A stretch of 64,000 nucleotides of DNA from Synechococcus sp. (GCA_047285535.1 JBJBDC010000001.1:2848136-2912135), one strand, 5' to 3'; positions 20,323 through 30,683 are shown, counted from the stretch's first letter. The notes: a model not told the origin generated them from the letters alone. A program made the numbers and translations.

Positions 20323-21192
20323 TTATCCGAGTACTGATCCGGTTTGATTTTTTTCTGGCTCGCGGACCAGGAGAACAGGTGCAGGCGCATGCACTCGGAT
20401 GTAATCGCTGATTGACCCCCCTAGGAGCTTGTCGAGATCGACGAGTCCCCTGGCAACAAGTGGGCGTCTGTCCTGTGATGCGATCACCACGAGGTCGGCT
20501 TTGATTTCTTCTGCTGCTTGACAGACTCCTCTGCCGATGTCGGGAGTAGTCAAATGCATTGGCTTGAGGTCAACGCCAAGGCTTCGAGCACGCTGGACAG
20601 CAGCATCTAGTAGGCCATCAACTTTGCTTTCACCCCCACGAGATGCCGATAGATCTTGTCTGGCAATGTGAACTCCCGTGAGCTGCCCGCCAGGAATATC
20701 TCGCACCATTTCGCAGGCAATTCGTAGTGCGTCATCGCCGACCCCCGTTCCGTCGATGGTCACCAGCAGTCGATTGACATGACGCACGTAAAGGTCGTCG
20801 CGAACCAAGAGCATGGGACGCGTCGATAGCTGAAAAACGTATTGGCTGGTGCTGTTTGCCAAGATCGACTGCAATCGACCTAGCCCCCTAGACCCCATCA
20901 CGATCAGATCAGCATTGATTTCTTCGGCCACTTTGAGAACGGTTTGTTTGGTATCCCCCTGTCGAATGATCGAATTCACTTCACTCGGGTCAAGACCTAA
21001 TTGACCAACTGCCTTGGCAAGCAGGCTTCCTGCTGTAGTCCAATGATCTTCTGCGTTGAACTTTCCTTGTTCTGAGACGACATGAAGCAGATTGATGCGC
21101 GCAGATCTGAACCCTGGAAGGTCGCGCAGCATCCGTACCATTTCTTCGACATGACCTTTGCCGGAATCAGCAATCAGAAGATTCTTGAACAC
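20323..21192 (-). CDS. Tandem-domain universal stress protein
   Basis: Two Usp domains (ADLIVMGSRG; PVLLVR). Confidence 0.9.
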   Translation of the reverse strand: MFKNLLIADSGKGHVEEMVRMLRDLPGFRSARINLLHVVSEQGKFNAEDHWTTAGSLLAKAVGQLGLDPSEVNSIIRQGDTKQTVLKVAEEINADLIVMGSRGLGRLQSILANSTSQYVFQLSTRPMLLVRDDLYVRHVNRLLVTIDGTGVGDDALRIACEMVRDIPGGQLTGVHIARQDLSASRGGESKVDGLLDAAVQRARSLGVDLKPMHLTTPDIGRGVCQAAEEIKADLVVIASQDRRPLVARGLVDLDKLLGGSISDYIRVHAPAPVLLVREPEKNQTGSVLG

Positions 21193-21244
21193 GATGAACG
21201 ATTAGGTCTGCTTCAGCCTATGGCTAACGCTCAGTGTCGAGCTG

Positions 21245-21697
21245 ATGGTGATTGAGAGCGTTACGCGCCGTCCGTGGCGGTTGCACAAGCGAGTGCTTCC
21301 TCAGCACACTGATCATGGCGGTGTGATGTGGCATGGCGCTTATGTTGGCTGGCTAGAAGAAGCCCGCGTTGAAGCGCTCGCAAGCGTTGGCCTTCCCTAC
21401 CGGCAAATGGAGCACGAACGGTTGGAAATGCCCGTGGTTCGCTTGGAGATGTCCTACAAGCAACCGCTATCCCATGGCGAGCAGGTTGTGCTTGAGAGCT
21501 ATGCACTTGCGCGAGATGGGGCCCGCTGGCCCTGGCAGACGCGAGTCTTGCGAGCTGATGGTGACTGTGTCTTCGAGGCGCTTGTGGAATTGGTTTTGGT
21601 CCGCCTAGAGGCTGGTCGGCGCCAAGTCTTGCGCCGGCCTCCGCAATCAGTTCTAACTGCGCTTGAGCTCTTGACCTACGGGCCAAACGAAGGCTAA
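21245..21697 (+). CDS. Hotdog-fold acyl-CoA thioesterase
   Basis: TDHGGVMWHGAYVGWLEEAR. Confidence 0.88.
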   Translation: MVIESVTRRPWRLHKRVLPQHTDHGGVMWHGAYVGWLEEARVEALASVGLPYRQMEHERLEMPVVRLEMSYKQPLSHGEQVVLESYALARDGARWPWQTRVLRADGDCVFEALVELVLVRLEAGRRQVLRRPPQSVLTALELLTYGPNEG

Positions 21698-21703
21698 AAG
21701 TAT

Positions 21704-21719
21704 TAGTACATCTGTTCTT
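21704..21719. promoter_or_regulatory. Putative LexA (SOS) box upstream of dprA
   Basis: TAGTACATCTGTTCTT contains AGTAC-ATC-TGTTCT, matching the cyanobacterial LexA consensus RGTAC-N3-DGTWCB. Confidence 0.65.
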
Positions 21720-21730
21720 GCGATGAACTT

Positions 21731-22828
21731 TTGGACGAGCGGGGCTGGTGGTGGTTGTGGATCTCGTGTCCTGGGATTGGTATATCCAGGATTAGGGCGC
21801 TCAAAGCTCTGGCTCAAGCGAATCAAGTAACCCTGGCCGATCTGTGGTCATGGCCTCTCCCGCATTTGAAATTGGCGTTGGGTTGGCCTGATTCCGTGTT
21901 GGCACGATTGGAGTCTTATCGACATGGCGCAGGGCCTTCTCCCTCCCTTTTGGTGCCAGACAATGCTCTTCTTCCAATGGATCTGGAGTGGCCGAAGTCC
22001 TTGGATGCTTTGGAACGACCGCCGCTGGCTTTGCATTGGTCGGGTCAGAAGATGTGTCTGCCTCTCTTGTCGGCTCGGAAGGCGATAGCGGTGGTCGGGA
22101 CTCGTAGTCCTTCAGATCATGGATGTCGAATGGCCTATGAGATAGGTCAGTGCCTGGCCAGAGCGGGCTGGCCGGTGGTAAGTGGTCTTGCCGAAGGAAT
22201 TGATGCGGCCTCGCATCATGGATGTCTCGATGCAGGTGGGATCCCTGTTGGTGTGTTGGGTACGCCTTTGGAGCGCGTTTATCCGCCAGAGCATGAGGCT
22301 CTGCAGTCGCAAGTTGAGGCGGCTGGTCTTTTGGTCACGGAATGGCCTCGAGGCGCTCGGGTTCAGAGATCTAGCTTTGCGTTGCGGAATCGTCTCCTGG
22401 TCAGTGTGTCTTCTGCCTTGGTTGTCGTTGAGTGCCCTGAGGTCAGTGGCGCACTGCTTTCGGCTCGGATTGCCGAGACTCAAAACTGCCCTGTTTGGGT
22501 GGTTCCAGGCGATGCATTGCGTTGGTCCAGTAAGGGCAGCAACGGCTTGTTGCAGCAGGGCTCAACACCGTTGCTGGCGCCGGAATTGTTGAGTGCTGCC
22601 CTTGGACCAGGTCCGTTTGCGGCTACGAAACCGATGCGATCTGCTTCCGCGTCGTCGGCAGAGGAATTGGATCGCCCGCTTTTACGTCTCATTGATGAAG
22701 GTTTGACGCTTGATCAGTTATCTGCAGCCTTGAGGTGTAGTTCAACTCAGTTGGCTCAGGATTTGTTGCAACTCGAGCTTGATGGTGTCATTGAGCCCAA
22801 GCCTGGTCTGAGTTGGCGTTCTGTCTAA
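21731..22828 (+). CDS. dprA: DNA-processing protein DprA (Smf)
   Basis: AVVGTR, VVSGLAEGID, FALRNRL, SGAL motifs; C-terminal winged helix. Confidence 0.93.
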   Translation: MDERGWWWLWISCPGIGISRIRALKALAQANQVTLADLWSWPLPHLKLALGWPDSVLARLESYRHGAGPSPSLLVPDNALLPMDLEWPKSLDALERPPLALHWSGQKMCLPLLSARKAIAVVGTRSPSDHGCRMAYEIGQCLARAGWPVVSGLAEGIDAASHHGCLDAGGIPVGVLGTPLERVYPPEHEALQSQVEAAGLLVTEWPRGARVQRSSFALRNRLLVSVSSALVVVECPEVSGALLSARIAETQNCPVWVVPGDALRWSSKGSNGLLQQGSTPLLAPELLSAALGPGPFAATKPMRSASASSAEELDRPLLRLIDEGLTLDQLSAALRCSSTQLAQDLLQLELDGVIEPKPGLSWRSV

Positions 22829-22836
22829 TCTGAGTC

Positions 22837-23721
22837 ATGGGTGTCTTCCGCTACCGGGGCACAGACCTCCTCACTTGGCGAAGGGATCTGATTCGTCAAG
22901 GTGGGCGAGTTGTGGATCTTGATTGGCTTCTTTCAATGGCCGCTGATTGCTCTTGGGGCGATCTTCAAAAGCTACGAATCACCCCAGATGTCGAAATCGG
23001 ACTGGGTGCTTCCTTAGAGCAATTAACGGATCTTTGGACCCAGCATCGAGATCAGCACATTCCTCTGCAGCATTTAGTTGGCCTCTGTCCATGGCGGGAT
23101 TTTGAGTTGAAGGTCTCTTCAGACGCCTTGATTCCTCGTCAAGAAACCGAGTTGCTGATCGACTTTGCCTTGCAGTGTTTGCCGGAAGAGGAACGGCTGG
23201 CTGAGGGAATCTGGGTCGATTTGGGGACGGGCTCTGGAGCGTTAGCGGTAGCGCTTGCGCGTGCGCTCCCTCACTGGAGTGGACATGCGGTGGACTCCAG
23301 TGAAGATGCCCTCGCTTTGGCTGAATGCAATCTCTTGGCCCTTGCTGGTGATGGTCGTTGGCAACTCCATTTGGGTTGCTGGTGGGAACCGCTCAGGCCC
23401 TGGTGGGGGCAGTTGCGGCTTGTACTAGCCAACCCGCCCTACATTCCCTCTTCTGTATTCGATGGACTTGATCCCGTTGTGAAGGACCATGAGCCCTATC
23501 TTGCGCTCTGCGGAGGCCTTGACGGCCTCGATTGTTGCCGGCGGATTATCCGAGATGCATTCAAAGCACTAGCGCCAGGCGGTTGGCTTCTTTTGGAACA
23601 CCACCATGACCAAAGTGAGTTGGTGCTGGAGTTGCTCAGCAATGCAGGACTCGAGAGGACAGAAACCCGCTGTGATCTTCAGGGAATACCTCGCTTTGCC
23701 CTTGCTCAGCGATCCTGGTAA
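22837..23721 (+). CDS. prmC: Release factor glutamine methyltransferase
   Basis: LIPRQETE, DLGTGSG, NPPY. Confidence 0.93.
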   Translation: MGVFRYRGTDLLTWRRDLIRQGGRVVDLDWLLSMAADCSWGDLQKLRITPDVEIGLGASLEQLTDLWTQHRDQHIPLQHLVGLCPWRDFELKVSSDALIPRQETELLIDFALQCLPEEERLAEGIWVDLGTGSGALAVALARALPHWSGHAVDSSEDALALAECNLLALAGDGRWQLHLGCWWEPLRPWWGQLRLVLANPPYIPSSVFDGLDPVVKDHEPYLALCGGLDGLDCCRRIIRDAFKALAPGGWLLLEHHHDQSELVLELLSNAGLERTETRCDLQGIPRFALAQRSW

Positions 23722-23727
23722 TCCAAA

Positions 23728-24372
23728 TTGTCGACACAGCCATTGGATGACGCGAGGGTGATCAAGTCTTCAAATGTTTGGCACAGAGATGGCATTACTG
23801 CGCATTTGCTTGCAGGTGGTGCAGCTCTTTTACCCACAGATACGCTTCCTGCGCTGGCAGCAGCTCCAGAACATGCATCTCAGATTTGGCGCTTAAAACG
23901 AAGGCCACATGACAAACCGCTGATTTTGATGGGTGCGGATCTCGATGGTTTGCTGTGCCATGTCGCTCCCGATGTTCGAGAGGATGCAATCGCACTGGCA
24001 CAGTTGCACTGGCCGGGAGCTCTCACTCTTGTGTTGCCTGCCTTTGGTCGATGGGCAGAGGCATTGAATCCTGGATGCACAACTCTTGGTTTGAGAATCC
24101 CAGCTTGCACCCCCACTCTTGATCTTCTCAGTTGCAGCGGACCTCTTGCCACTACCAGCGCCAATGTTTCGGGTGAATCCCCTAGTCGAACTGCTAAGGA
24201 TGCTGCGGCTGCGTTCCCACACTTGCCGCTGCTTGCACCGATCCCCTGGCCCGAGCACTCCGGTCAAGCAAGTTCTGTTATCGCTTGGAAAGCACCTCAA
24301 TGCTGGCATTGGCTGCGCAGAGGCGCTGTGATGCCTTCAGGTGTGCTAGGCCTTTCTGAATGCTCTGGCTGA
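23728..24372 (+). CDS. tsaC: Threonylcarbamoyl-AMP synthase (Sua5/YrdC)
   Basis: PTDT, KRRP.DKPL, WPGALT, TTSANVSG. Confidence 0.9.
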   Translation: MSTQPLDDARVIKSSNVWHRDGITAHLLAGGAALLPTDTLPALAAAPEHASQIWRLKRRPHDKPLILMGADLDGLLCHVAPDVREDAIALAQLHWPGALTLVLPAFGRWAEALNPGCTTLGLRIPACTPTLDLLSCSGPLATTSANVSGESPSRTAKDAAAAFPHLPLLAPIPWPEHSGQASSVIAWKAPQCWHWLRRGAVMPSGVLGLSECSG

Positions 24373-24521
24373 TTGCTGCGCTGATTTTTCTCCAAGCGGC
24401 CGTTCATTGGCTGTTTGAACCACTGGTGCAACTGTTCACTCCAATACTGGAATTGAACCTCTTGCCTTGGATTCTGGCTTTTGTTGGACTTTGGATTTTC
24501 ACGGGTCGATCGAGTCCCTAG
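24360..24521 (+). CDS. Small hydrophobic membrane protein (53 aa)
   Basis: Manual translation MLWLIAALIFLQAAVHWLFEPLVQLFTPILELNLLPWILAFVGLWIFTGRSSP; overlaps the tsaC end. Confidence 0.6.
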   Translation: MLWLIAALIFLQAAVHWLFEPLVQLFTPILELNLLPWILAFVGLWIFTGRSSP

Positions 24522-24555
24522 CTAGGTCTTATGGGGACTTGTGGAACTGTTCTGA

Positions 24556-24627
24556 AGCCGGCTAACGGATTTGAACCGATGACCTTCGCTTTACAAAAGC
24601 GCTGCTCTACCACTGAGCTAAGCCGGC
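24556..24627 (-). tRNA. tRNA-Thr(TGT)
   Basis: Reverse complement GCCGGCTTAGCTCAGTGGTAGAGC..TTTGTAA..GGTTCAAATCC..GCCGGCT. Confidence 0.96.
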
Positions 24628-24860
24628 ATTGCAGGGAGTTTAACGCTGCGACCTCTCATGGATTCACCATGTGTTTGTAGCCACCACATTGAAAGCTCTA
24701 GCCTCGATCGGCAACCACTTTTTTCAAGAGCGTTGCTGATATGACTTTCTACGGTGCGGATGCTCACCACGAGGCGGGATGCAATGGCTCGATTACTGAG
24801 ACCTTCCAGAAGTAAATGAATCACGGTGGTCTCAGCTGGCGTGAAGGCTGGGTTAGACAT
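24618..24860 (-). CDS. Stand-alone LuxR-type HTH protein
   Basis: FTPAE..GLSNRAIA..SIRTVESHISN..SRLEL. Confidence 0.85.
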   Translation of the reverse strand: MSNPAFTPAETTVIHLLLEGLSNRAIASRLVVSIRTVESHISNALEKSGCRSRLELSMWWLQTHGESMRGRSVKLPAMPA

Positions 24861-24893
24861 GATGGCTGGAGATGATTCCAGAACCATTCCCCG

Positions 24894-25178
24894 TTATTTG
24901 GATTTTGGAGTCATCGATGAGATCGGTCTGCGAATTGGCAAGTTGGCAACGAGAGCTGTGACTCGATCTTCTGTTTCCAGACTGACATCACCTTCCTCTA
25001 AGTCGATCTCCACATATTTAGCTACCACCTCAAAAATTTCTCGTCGCATTTGATCCAGAAGCTCAGGGCTCAGGTCACTGCGGTCATGAGCTAGTACCAA
25101 CTGAAGTCTGTCTCTGGCAGTGGAGGCACTTGCTGGTTGACGTCCAAGCAGTTTGTCGACGAGGTCACGGAGAGTCAT
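24894..25178 (-). CDS. minE: Cell division topological specificity factor
   Basis: [24 protein letters not shown]. Confidence 0.96.
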   Translation of the reverse strand: MTLRDLVDKLLGRQPASASTARDRLQLVLAHDRSDLSPELLDQMRREIFEVVAKYVEIDLEEGDVSLETEDRVTALVANLPIRRPISSMTPKSK

Positions 25179-25182
25179 CAGC

Positions 25183-25998
25183 TCAGAAGATCTTCGTTTG
25201 CATCAGGCGGCGCACAGTGGCACGGAGGCCCGAACGCTCTTTAGAGGGATCCAACAATGGAATCTCCTCACCTTGGAGGCGTCGGGCAATGTTTCCGTAA
25301 GCCCTAGCCGCAGGAGAATTAGTCCCATTGAGGGTAAGAGGTTCGCCCCGATTGGTGCTCACGATCACTTGTTCGTCTTCAAGCACTAACCCAAGTAAGG
25401 GCAGGGCAAGGATGTCGGTCACATCGTCCACCGCCAGCATCTCTTGATTGGCCATCATTTTTGGCCTCACGCGGTTGAGTACGAGCTGTACGGGTGACAC
25501 CCCGTGGGTGTTAAGCAAACCGATGACTCGATCGGCATCACGAACCGCAGAGACTTCAGGTGTCGTGATCACGATGGCTTCACGGGCTGCTGCTACTGCG
25601 TTTTTAAAACCGTCTTCAATTCCCGCTGGGCAATCGATAAGAACGTAATCAAACCTCTTCTCCAACATGGTGGCAATGGTCTGCATATCTTCCGGTTTGA
25701 GCCACTCGAGCATTCGCGGATTGCCCGCTGGCAGCAGAGCCAAATTTGGAACTTGTTTGTGTTTCACCAGTGCCTGGTCTAATCGGCAGGTTTCGGCCAA
25801 AACCTCCTGCGCGGTGTAGACAATTCGATTCTCGAGTCCAAGCAGAAGATCTAGATTGCGCAAACCGAAATCTGCATCAAGAACCACCGTGCTGGATCCG
25901 TGTTGAGCTAGGGCGATTCCTAGATTTGCCGTCAGGGTGGTTTTGCCTACGCCTCCCTTGCCGGAGCAAATCAAGATCGTTCGCGAATTTGAGGTCAC
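25183..25998 (-). CDS. minD: Septum site-determining ATPase
   Basis: [24 protein letters not shown]. Confidence 0.97.
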   Translation of the reverse strand: MTSNSRTILICSGKGGVGKTTLTANLGIALAQHGSSTVVLDADFGLRNLDLLLGLENRIVYTAQEVLAETCRLDQALVKHKQVPNLALLPAGNPRMLEWLKPEDMQTIATMLEKRFDYVLIDCPAGIEDGFKNAVAAAREAIVITTPEVSAVRDADRVIGLLNTHGVSPVQLVLNRVRPKMMANQEMLAVDDVTDILALPLLGLVLEDEQVIVSTNRGEPLTLNGTNSPAARAYGNIARRLQGEEIPLLDPSKERSGLRATVRRLMQTKIF

Positions 25999-26057
25999 GT
26001 TGTCGCGGTTGATGAGTGCAGGTTAAGGGCACTTGCCCTTAATACAATTGAAATCGA

Positions 26058-26753
26058 TCAAAGCTTTGGCATCTGCATGTCAAAGCGAGGTTCAGCGGGC
26101 TCGATTGAAATCACACCATCCACCACCCGGGCTTCCTCTGCAAGTCCAGGCTGTGGCTTCTCTTCAGGACCTCGGGCAACCAGATCTGCGATACGTAGCT
26201 GAAGCGGACGGAGCTGCAGTGCGGCAATGCGTGCAGTTAGATCTCCATTGTGACCAGCGTGAGCACAACCAAGAAGGCGCCCCCAGACGAGGACGTTGCC
26301 TCCTGCACTGATTTGAGCGCCTGGATTGACATCGCCAATGAGCATCACGTGGTTGCGAGCTTTGAGATGGTCTCCTGATCGCAGCGTTGCCCTATGAACC
26401 AAAAGTGCTGGCAGCTGACGTTCATCGGCGTCTTGGGACTGCTGATTCGAACGCTGCGGAGTTGTGAGCTGGGCTGGAATGCCCAGGGCATTGGCACTGA
26501 CCACGGTGAGTGAATTGCAGCTTTTGATCGAGAGCAATCTGCATCCGCGTTTCTCAAGTTGACTTTGGAAATCAGTCAGCACACGGCAATTCAGCTGCCA
26601 TTCTCCTCCATCCAGCTCAAGATCTTGACCTTCAAGACCATTGAGTTGGTCCGCAAGGGTGTCTTGCCAATGGCCATGCTGATTGCTGGGCAAGACCAGG
26701 CGCTGATATGAAGCTTGAATGGTCTCTGGTTTCACCGCCAACCCCGTCATCAA
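26058..26753 (-). CDS. minC: Septum site-determining protein MinC
   Basis: LRSG..GDVNPGA..GRLLGCAHAG..QLRIAD. Confidence 0.93.
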   Translation of the reverse strand: MMTGLAVKPETIQASYQRLVLPSNQHGHWQDTLADQLNGLEGQDLELDGGEWQLNCRVLTDFQSQLEKRGCRLLSIKSCNSLTVVSANALGIPAQLTTPQRSNQQSQDADERQLPALLVHRATLRSGDHLKARNHVMLIGDVNPGAQISAGGNVLVWGRLLGCAHAGHNGDLTARIAALQLRPLQLRIADLVARGPEEKPQPGLAEEARVVDGVISIEPAEPRFDMQMPKL

Positions 26754-26768
26754 GAGTGGAGGCTGACG

Positions 26769-28025
26769 CTAAATGTCACTCCGATATTGGCCAACCTTTC
26801 GTTTCAGTTCCTGACCAATCTGTTTTGGGTAAATCAGCCAGCTGGTGCTTGCCGGTTTGCTCAGGCTTTCAACAAGTGCTGAACTCCGTTCCAGCGCGTG
26901 AAGCTCTTGCCCGTCCCACAGCCTCAGCCCTCCGCGATACGGGTGATAGCCATGGAGTTGTTGATGGCGTAGTCCGCAGCACAAGCCTGGATCTAATCCT
27001 TTGGCTTCGGCCAATCCCCTGGCAACGGCTAAGCATTCGAGCTGTTTTTCCTTGGAGAGACTATCCACGTCAAGAGCTTTGAGCAGTCTTCGGGAAAGGA
27101 ACCGATCGCAGAGATCAGCTAACGGCGGAGGGGCTTCCTCTCTCCAGCGCAACAGGTGATAGCCAATTCGCAAATCATCATTGGACAAATAGGTCTCCAG
27201 ATCGAGCTCATGCGTCGACCAAAGCCAGCAGCTCATCGTTGAATCTGTCCAAACACGATCGGATCCAAGCTCCCGGGCTAGGCGGATGAGTTGTTCCAGC
27301 AGCCAATTGCAGATCACATTGAGGCGGTGGTTGTACACACTGCGGTACATCAGGTTGCGAACCACTAGGTAGTGCTCGACAGCCATGAGACCTTTGGGAT
27401 GGATGGCAAGTTCCCCATCCGGTGCAAAGGTCAGTGCCGCCAAGATTCTTTCCAGATCCAGCTGGCCATAGCGCGTCCCGGTGCTGTAGCTATCACGCAA
27501 TAAGTAATCGAGCCGGTCGCAGTCGAGTTGACTACTGACGAGGTCTTTGATGACCCTCCGCTGAGTTGTTCCATGCTGTAGTAGTTCGGCTACAGCTTCA
27601 GAGGTTCCCGGTTCGAATCGTTCGAGTGGCTCATAGACCTCTGAATGTTCGCGAATGATTTTGGCGGACCAAACCTCATGGTGGGTGCCGAACATTTCCT
27701 CCCCGGTGTGGCTAAGGGGGGCATGGCCCAAGTCATGGAGCAGGGCTGCCGCATAGAGGATGCCCCGATGCTGTTCCAAGGACACGTCCTTAGACAGCAG
27801 TCGCGCAAAGGCCTGACGTGCGATATGAAAGACGCCAAGGGAGTGAGTGAAGCGGCTGGATTCAGCCCCATGGAAGGTTAAGAAAGCTGGCCCTAGCTGA
27901 CGAATGCGCCGAAGCCTTTGGAAGGGAGAGGCTTCCACGAGCTGCAGGACTAATGCTTCCGCGGGGTCGTCTGTATTCAGAGAGATGCCGCCGTGCAGAG
28001 GATCGTGATACGTGCGGCTACTCAT
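26769..28025 (-). CDS. HD-domain phosphohydrolase (dNTPase-like)
   Basis: FQRLRRIRQLG, RFTHSLG, LLHDLGHAPLSH, DCDRLDYL.RD. Confidence 0.9.
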   Translation of the reverse strand: MSSRTYHDPLHGGISLNTDDPAEALVLQLVEASPFQRLRRIRQLGPAFLTFHGAESSRFTHSLGVFHIARQAFARLLSKDVSLEQHRGILYAAALLHDLGHAPLSHTGEEMFGTHHEVWSAKIIREHSEVYEPLERFEPGTSEAVAELLQHGTTQRRVIKDLVSSQLDCDRLDYLLRDSYSTGTRYGQLDLERILAALTFAPDGELAIHPKGLMAVEHYLVVRNLMYRSVYNHRLNVICNWLLEQLIRLARELGSDRVWTDSTMSCWLWSTHELDLETYLSNDDLRIGYHLLRWREEAPPPLADLCDRFLSRRLLKALDVDSLSKEKQLECLAVARGLAEAKGLDPGLCCGLRHQQLHGYHPYRGGLRLWDGQELHALERSSALVESLSKPASTSWLIYPKQIGQELKRKVGQYRSDI

Positions 28026-29329
28026 GCCGTTGGTGCCATCTCCTCGGTGCTGGTGGTCTCGGGTGATGGAGGAACACCTGAGTTGTTGCGGTCGATGAGT
28101 GCTTCTAAAACCCGTTCTGCATCTGTCAGCCAGCGGTCACCTTCGCCGCCTGGATTGAGTGGTTCAGGCTGATCCAGTAAGCGATCTGGCGTGATCCCTT
28201 GTCCCTGAATATCGCGTCCGCTTGGCGTTACATATCCGGCTACGGTGACGGCTAAACCACTGCCATCGCTGAGGCTGGTCAAGGTCTGTATCAGACCTTT
28301 GCCAAACGTGGGGCTTCCGAGAAGTAGCGAACGATGATTGTCTTGCAGGGCTCCGGCGAGGATCTCGCTTGCACTTGCTGTGCCTTCGTTGACAAGGGTC
28401 ACCATGGGACCGTCGTAAAGGGTGGATTCGCTCGCTTGGATGGGATCTACAATTCCTTCTCGATTGCGGGTTTCGACGATCGGCTCTTGGTCCAGAAAGG
28501 CGTCAGCGACCGAGAGTCCTCCACTGACAAGTCCTCCAGAATTATTTCGCAGATCCAAAACCACCCCTTCTACCCCCTTGTCACTGAGTTCTTTTAAAGC
28601 TTCCTGAACTTGTTGAGGTACGCCTTCGCTGAACTGCGTAATCCGCAGGTGGCCAAGCGTATGGGTGTCACTGCGCAGACGGCGAGTTCGAACGGGTCTG
28701 AGGTCAACATTGCGTCGTTCGAGCGTGATCTCTGTTGTCTCTCCATTCGGAGGTCGAAAGGTCAGCACGACTTGAGTTCCGACATCTCCGCGTAACCGTG
28801 CTGCTGTGGCTTCGAGCCCCAACACAGCGGTGGATTCTCCATCCACCGCAATCAGTGACGAACCGCTGATCACCCCGGCGTCGGCAGCTGGGGATCCTTC
28901 CAGTGCCGCAATGACGACGACGGAGGTTTCCTCATTGTGATGGCCAAGTTGCAGCCCCACGCCACTCAGGCTTCCGGAGTTGCTGGACTTCATGGCGGAG
29001 TAATCGACAGGTCTCAGCAACCTTGTGTAGGGATCCTCTAGGGGGTCCAGCATGGCTTCGATGGCGCTGTAGGCCTGCTCGCTCGATTCGATCGTCTGCT
29101 CGAGTGCTTTCTGTCGCAGTCGTTTCCAGTGAATACGATCGAAGCTTGCGGGGTCGACGTAGCTCTGATTCACCAAGCGCCAGCTTTCGACAACCAACTG
29201 CTGGGCATCGTTAAGAGCCAGAGCAGGCGCTGGGACTAAGAGGCAGCAAAGCAAAAGGGGCGTCAAGACAAAAGCCAGCTGTTGCAGGCCTTTCCCCGAG
29301 CAATTAACAATCGGCAACATCAGCTTCAT
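28022..29329 (-). CDS. ctpA: Carboxyl-terminal processing protease (S41)
   Basis: PDZ domain, LDLRNNSGG, TASASEI, GKGLIQ. Paralog identity less certain. Confidence 0.85.
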   Translation of the reverse strand: MKLMLPIVNCSGKGLQQLAFVLTPLLLCCLLVPAPALALNDAQQLVVESWRLVNQSYVDPASFDRIHWKRLRQKALEQTIESSEQAYSAIEAMLDPLEDPYTRLLRPVDYSAMKSSNSGSLSGVGLQLGHHNEETSVVVIAALEGSPAADAGVISGSSLIAVDGESTAVLGLEATAARLRGDVGTQVVLTFRPPNGETTEITLERRNVDLRPVRTRRLRSDTHTLGHLRITQFSEGVPQQVQEALKELSDKGVEGVVLDLRNNSGGLVSGGLSVADAFLDQEPIVETRNREGIVDPIQASESTLYDGPMVTLVNEGTASASEILAGALQDNHRSLLLGSPTFGKGLIQTLTSLSDGSGLAVTVAGYVTPSGRDIQGQGITPDRLLDQPEPLNPGGEGDRWLTDAERVLEALIDRNNSGVPPSPETTSTEEMAPTA

Positions 29330-29387
29330 TCTGTCGCGTCGTCTGGAGTGTCATCGGTAGACTCCTCCAATCCAAACAGACATTTGC

Positions 29388-30044
29388 ATGGCGAACTCCT
29401 CACCTGTCTACGACTGGTTCCAGGAACGTCTTGAAATTCAGGACATCGCTGATGACATCAGCACGAAATACGTTCCACCGCATGTCAATATTTTTTACTG
29501 CTTGGGTGGTATCACGCTTGTTTGCTTCCTGATTCAGTTTGCGACAGGCTTCGCGATGACTTTTTACTACAAGCCTACTGTCGCTGAGGCTTATAGCTCA
29601 GTTCAGTATTTGATGTCTGATGTGAGCTTCGGATGGCTCATCCGTTCCGTTCATCGATGGAGTGCCTCGATGATGGTGCTGATGTTGATTCTTCATGTTT
29701 TCCGCGTTTATCTCACTGGTGGTTTCAAGCGTCCTCGTGAGCTCACTTGGGTGACAGGAGTCACTATGGCAGTGATTACGGTCTCTTTCGGCGTCACTGG
29801 ATATTCCTTGCCCTGGGACCAGGTTGGCTATTGGGCCGTCAAAATCGTCTCAGGAGTTCCTGCTGCTATCCCCGTGGTTGGTGATTTCATGGTTGAACTT
29901 CTTCGTGGTGGCGAGAGCGTCGGTCAGTCCACATTGACTCGCTTTTACAGTCTCCATACCTTCGTCATGCCATGGCTGCTTGCGGTGTTCATGCTCATGC
30001 ACTTCTTGATGATCCGAAAGCAGGGCATTTCTGGTCCCTTGTAG
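29388..30044 (+). CDS. petB: Cytochrome b6
   Basis: [29 protein letters not shown]. Confidence 0.99.
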   Translation: MANSSPVYDWFQERLEIQDIADDISTKYVPPHVNIFYCLGGITLVCFLIQFATGFAMTFYYKPTVAEAYSSVQYLMSDVSFGWLIRSVHRWSASMMVLMLILHVFRVYLTGGFKRPRELTWVTGVTMAVITVSFGVTGYSLPWDQVGYWAVKIVSGVPAAIPVVGDFMVELLRGGESVGQSTLTRFYSLHTFVMPWLLAVFMLMHFLMIRKQGISGPL

Positions 30045-30121
30045 TCCATTGCAGTTTCTTCATCTGCTCACCCAGATTTTTTAACTCCCCATCTACTTTT
30101 TACTTATTGCTGCTTCTCACT

Positions 30122-30604
30122 ATGCATATTCTCAAGAAGCCTGATCTCACTGACCCCAAATTAAGGGCCAAGCTTGCAAAGGGTATGGGTCACAACTACT
30201 ACGGAGAGCCTGCCTGGCCTAATGACCTTCTCTATATTTTCCCGGTAGTGATCCTTGGCACTATCGCCTGCATTGTTGGCTTATCGGTATTGGATCCAGC
30301 AATGCTGGGTGATAAGGCTGATCCATTCGCAACTCCACTTGAGATCCTTCCTGAGTGGTATCTCTATCCGGTCTTTCAGATTCTTCGTGTTGTCCCGAAC
30401 AAGCTTCTGGGTATAGCACTTCAAACTTTGGTTCCGCTTGGATTGATGCTCATTCCTTTCATAGAGAGTTTCAACAAATTTCAGAATCCGTTCCGCCGAC
30501 CCATTGCGATGGCTGTCTTCTTGTTCGGAACGGCTACTACCATTTATCTCGGAATTGGTGCTGCTATGCCTATTGATAAATCATTAACCCTTGGTTTGTT
30601 TTAA
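30122..30604 (+). CDS. petD: Cytochrome b6f subunit IV
   Basis: [24 protein letters not shown]; start at ATG 30122. Confidence 0.98.
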   Translation: MHILKKPDLTDPKLRAKLAKGMGHNYYGEPAWPNDLLYIFPVVILGTIACIVGLSVLDPAMLGDKADPFATPLEILPEWYLYPVFQILRVVPNKLLGIALQTLVPLGLMLIPFIESFNKFQNPFRRPIAMAVFLFGTATTIYLGIGAAMPIDKSLTLGLF

Positions 30605-30642
30605 GCCCTCGATTTGTTTGGATAAAATTATTTATACTAGTT

Positions 30643-30683
30643 AAATAAAAATCTCCCGTCTAATTGCTGGGGGATTTTTATTT
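30643..30683. terminator. Bidirectional terminator between petD and the invertase gene
   Basis: AAATAAAAATCTCCC..GGGGGATTTTTATTT between convergent genes. Confidence 0.7.
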
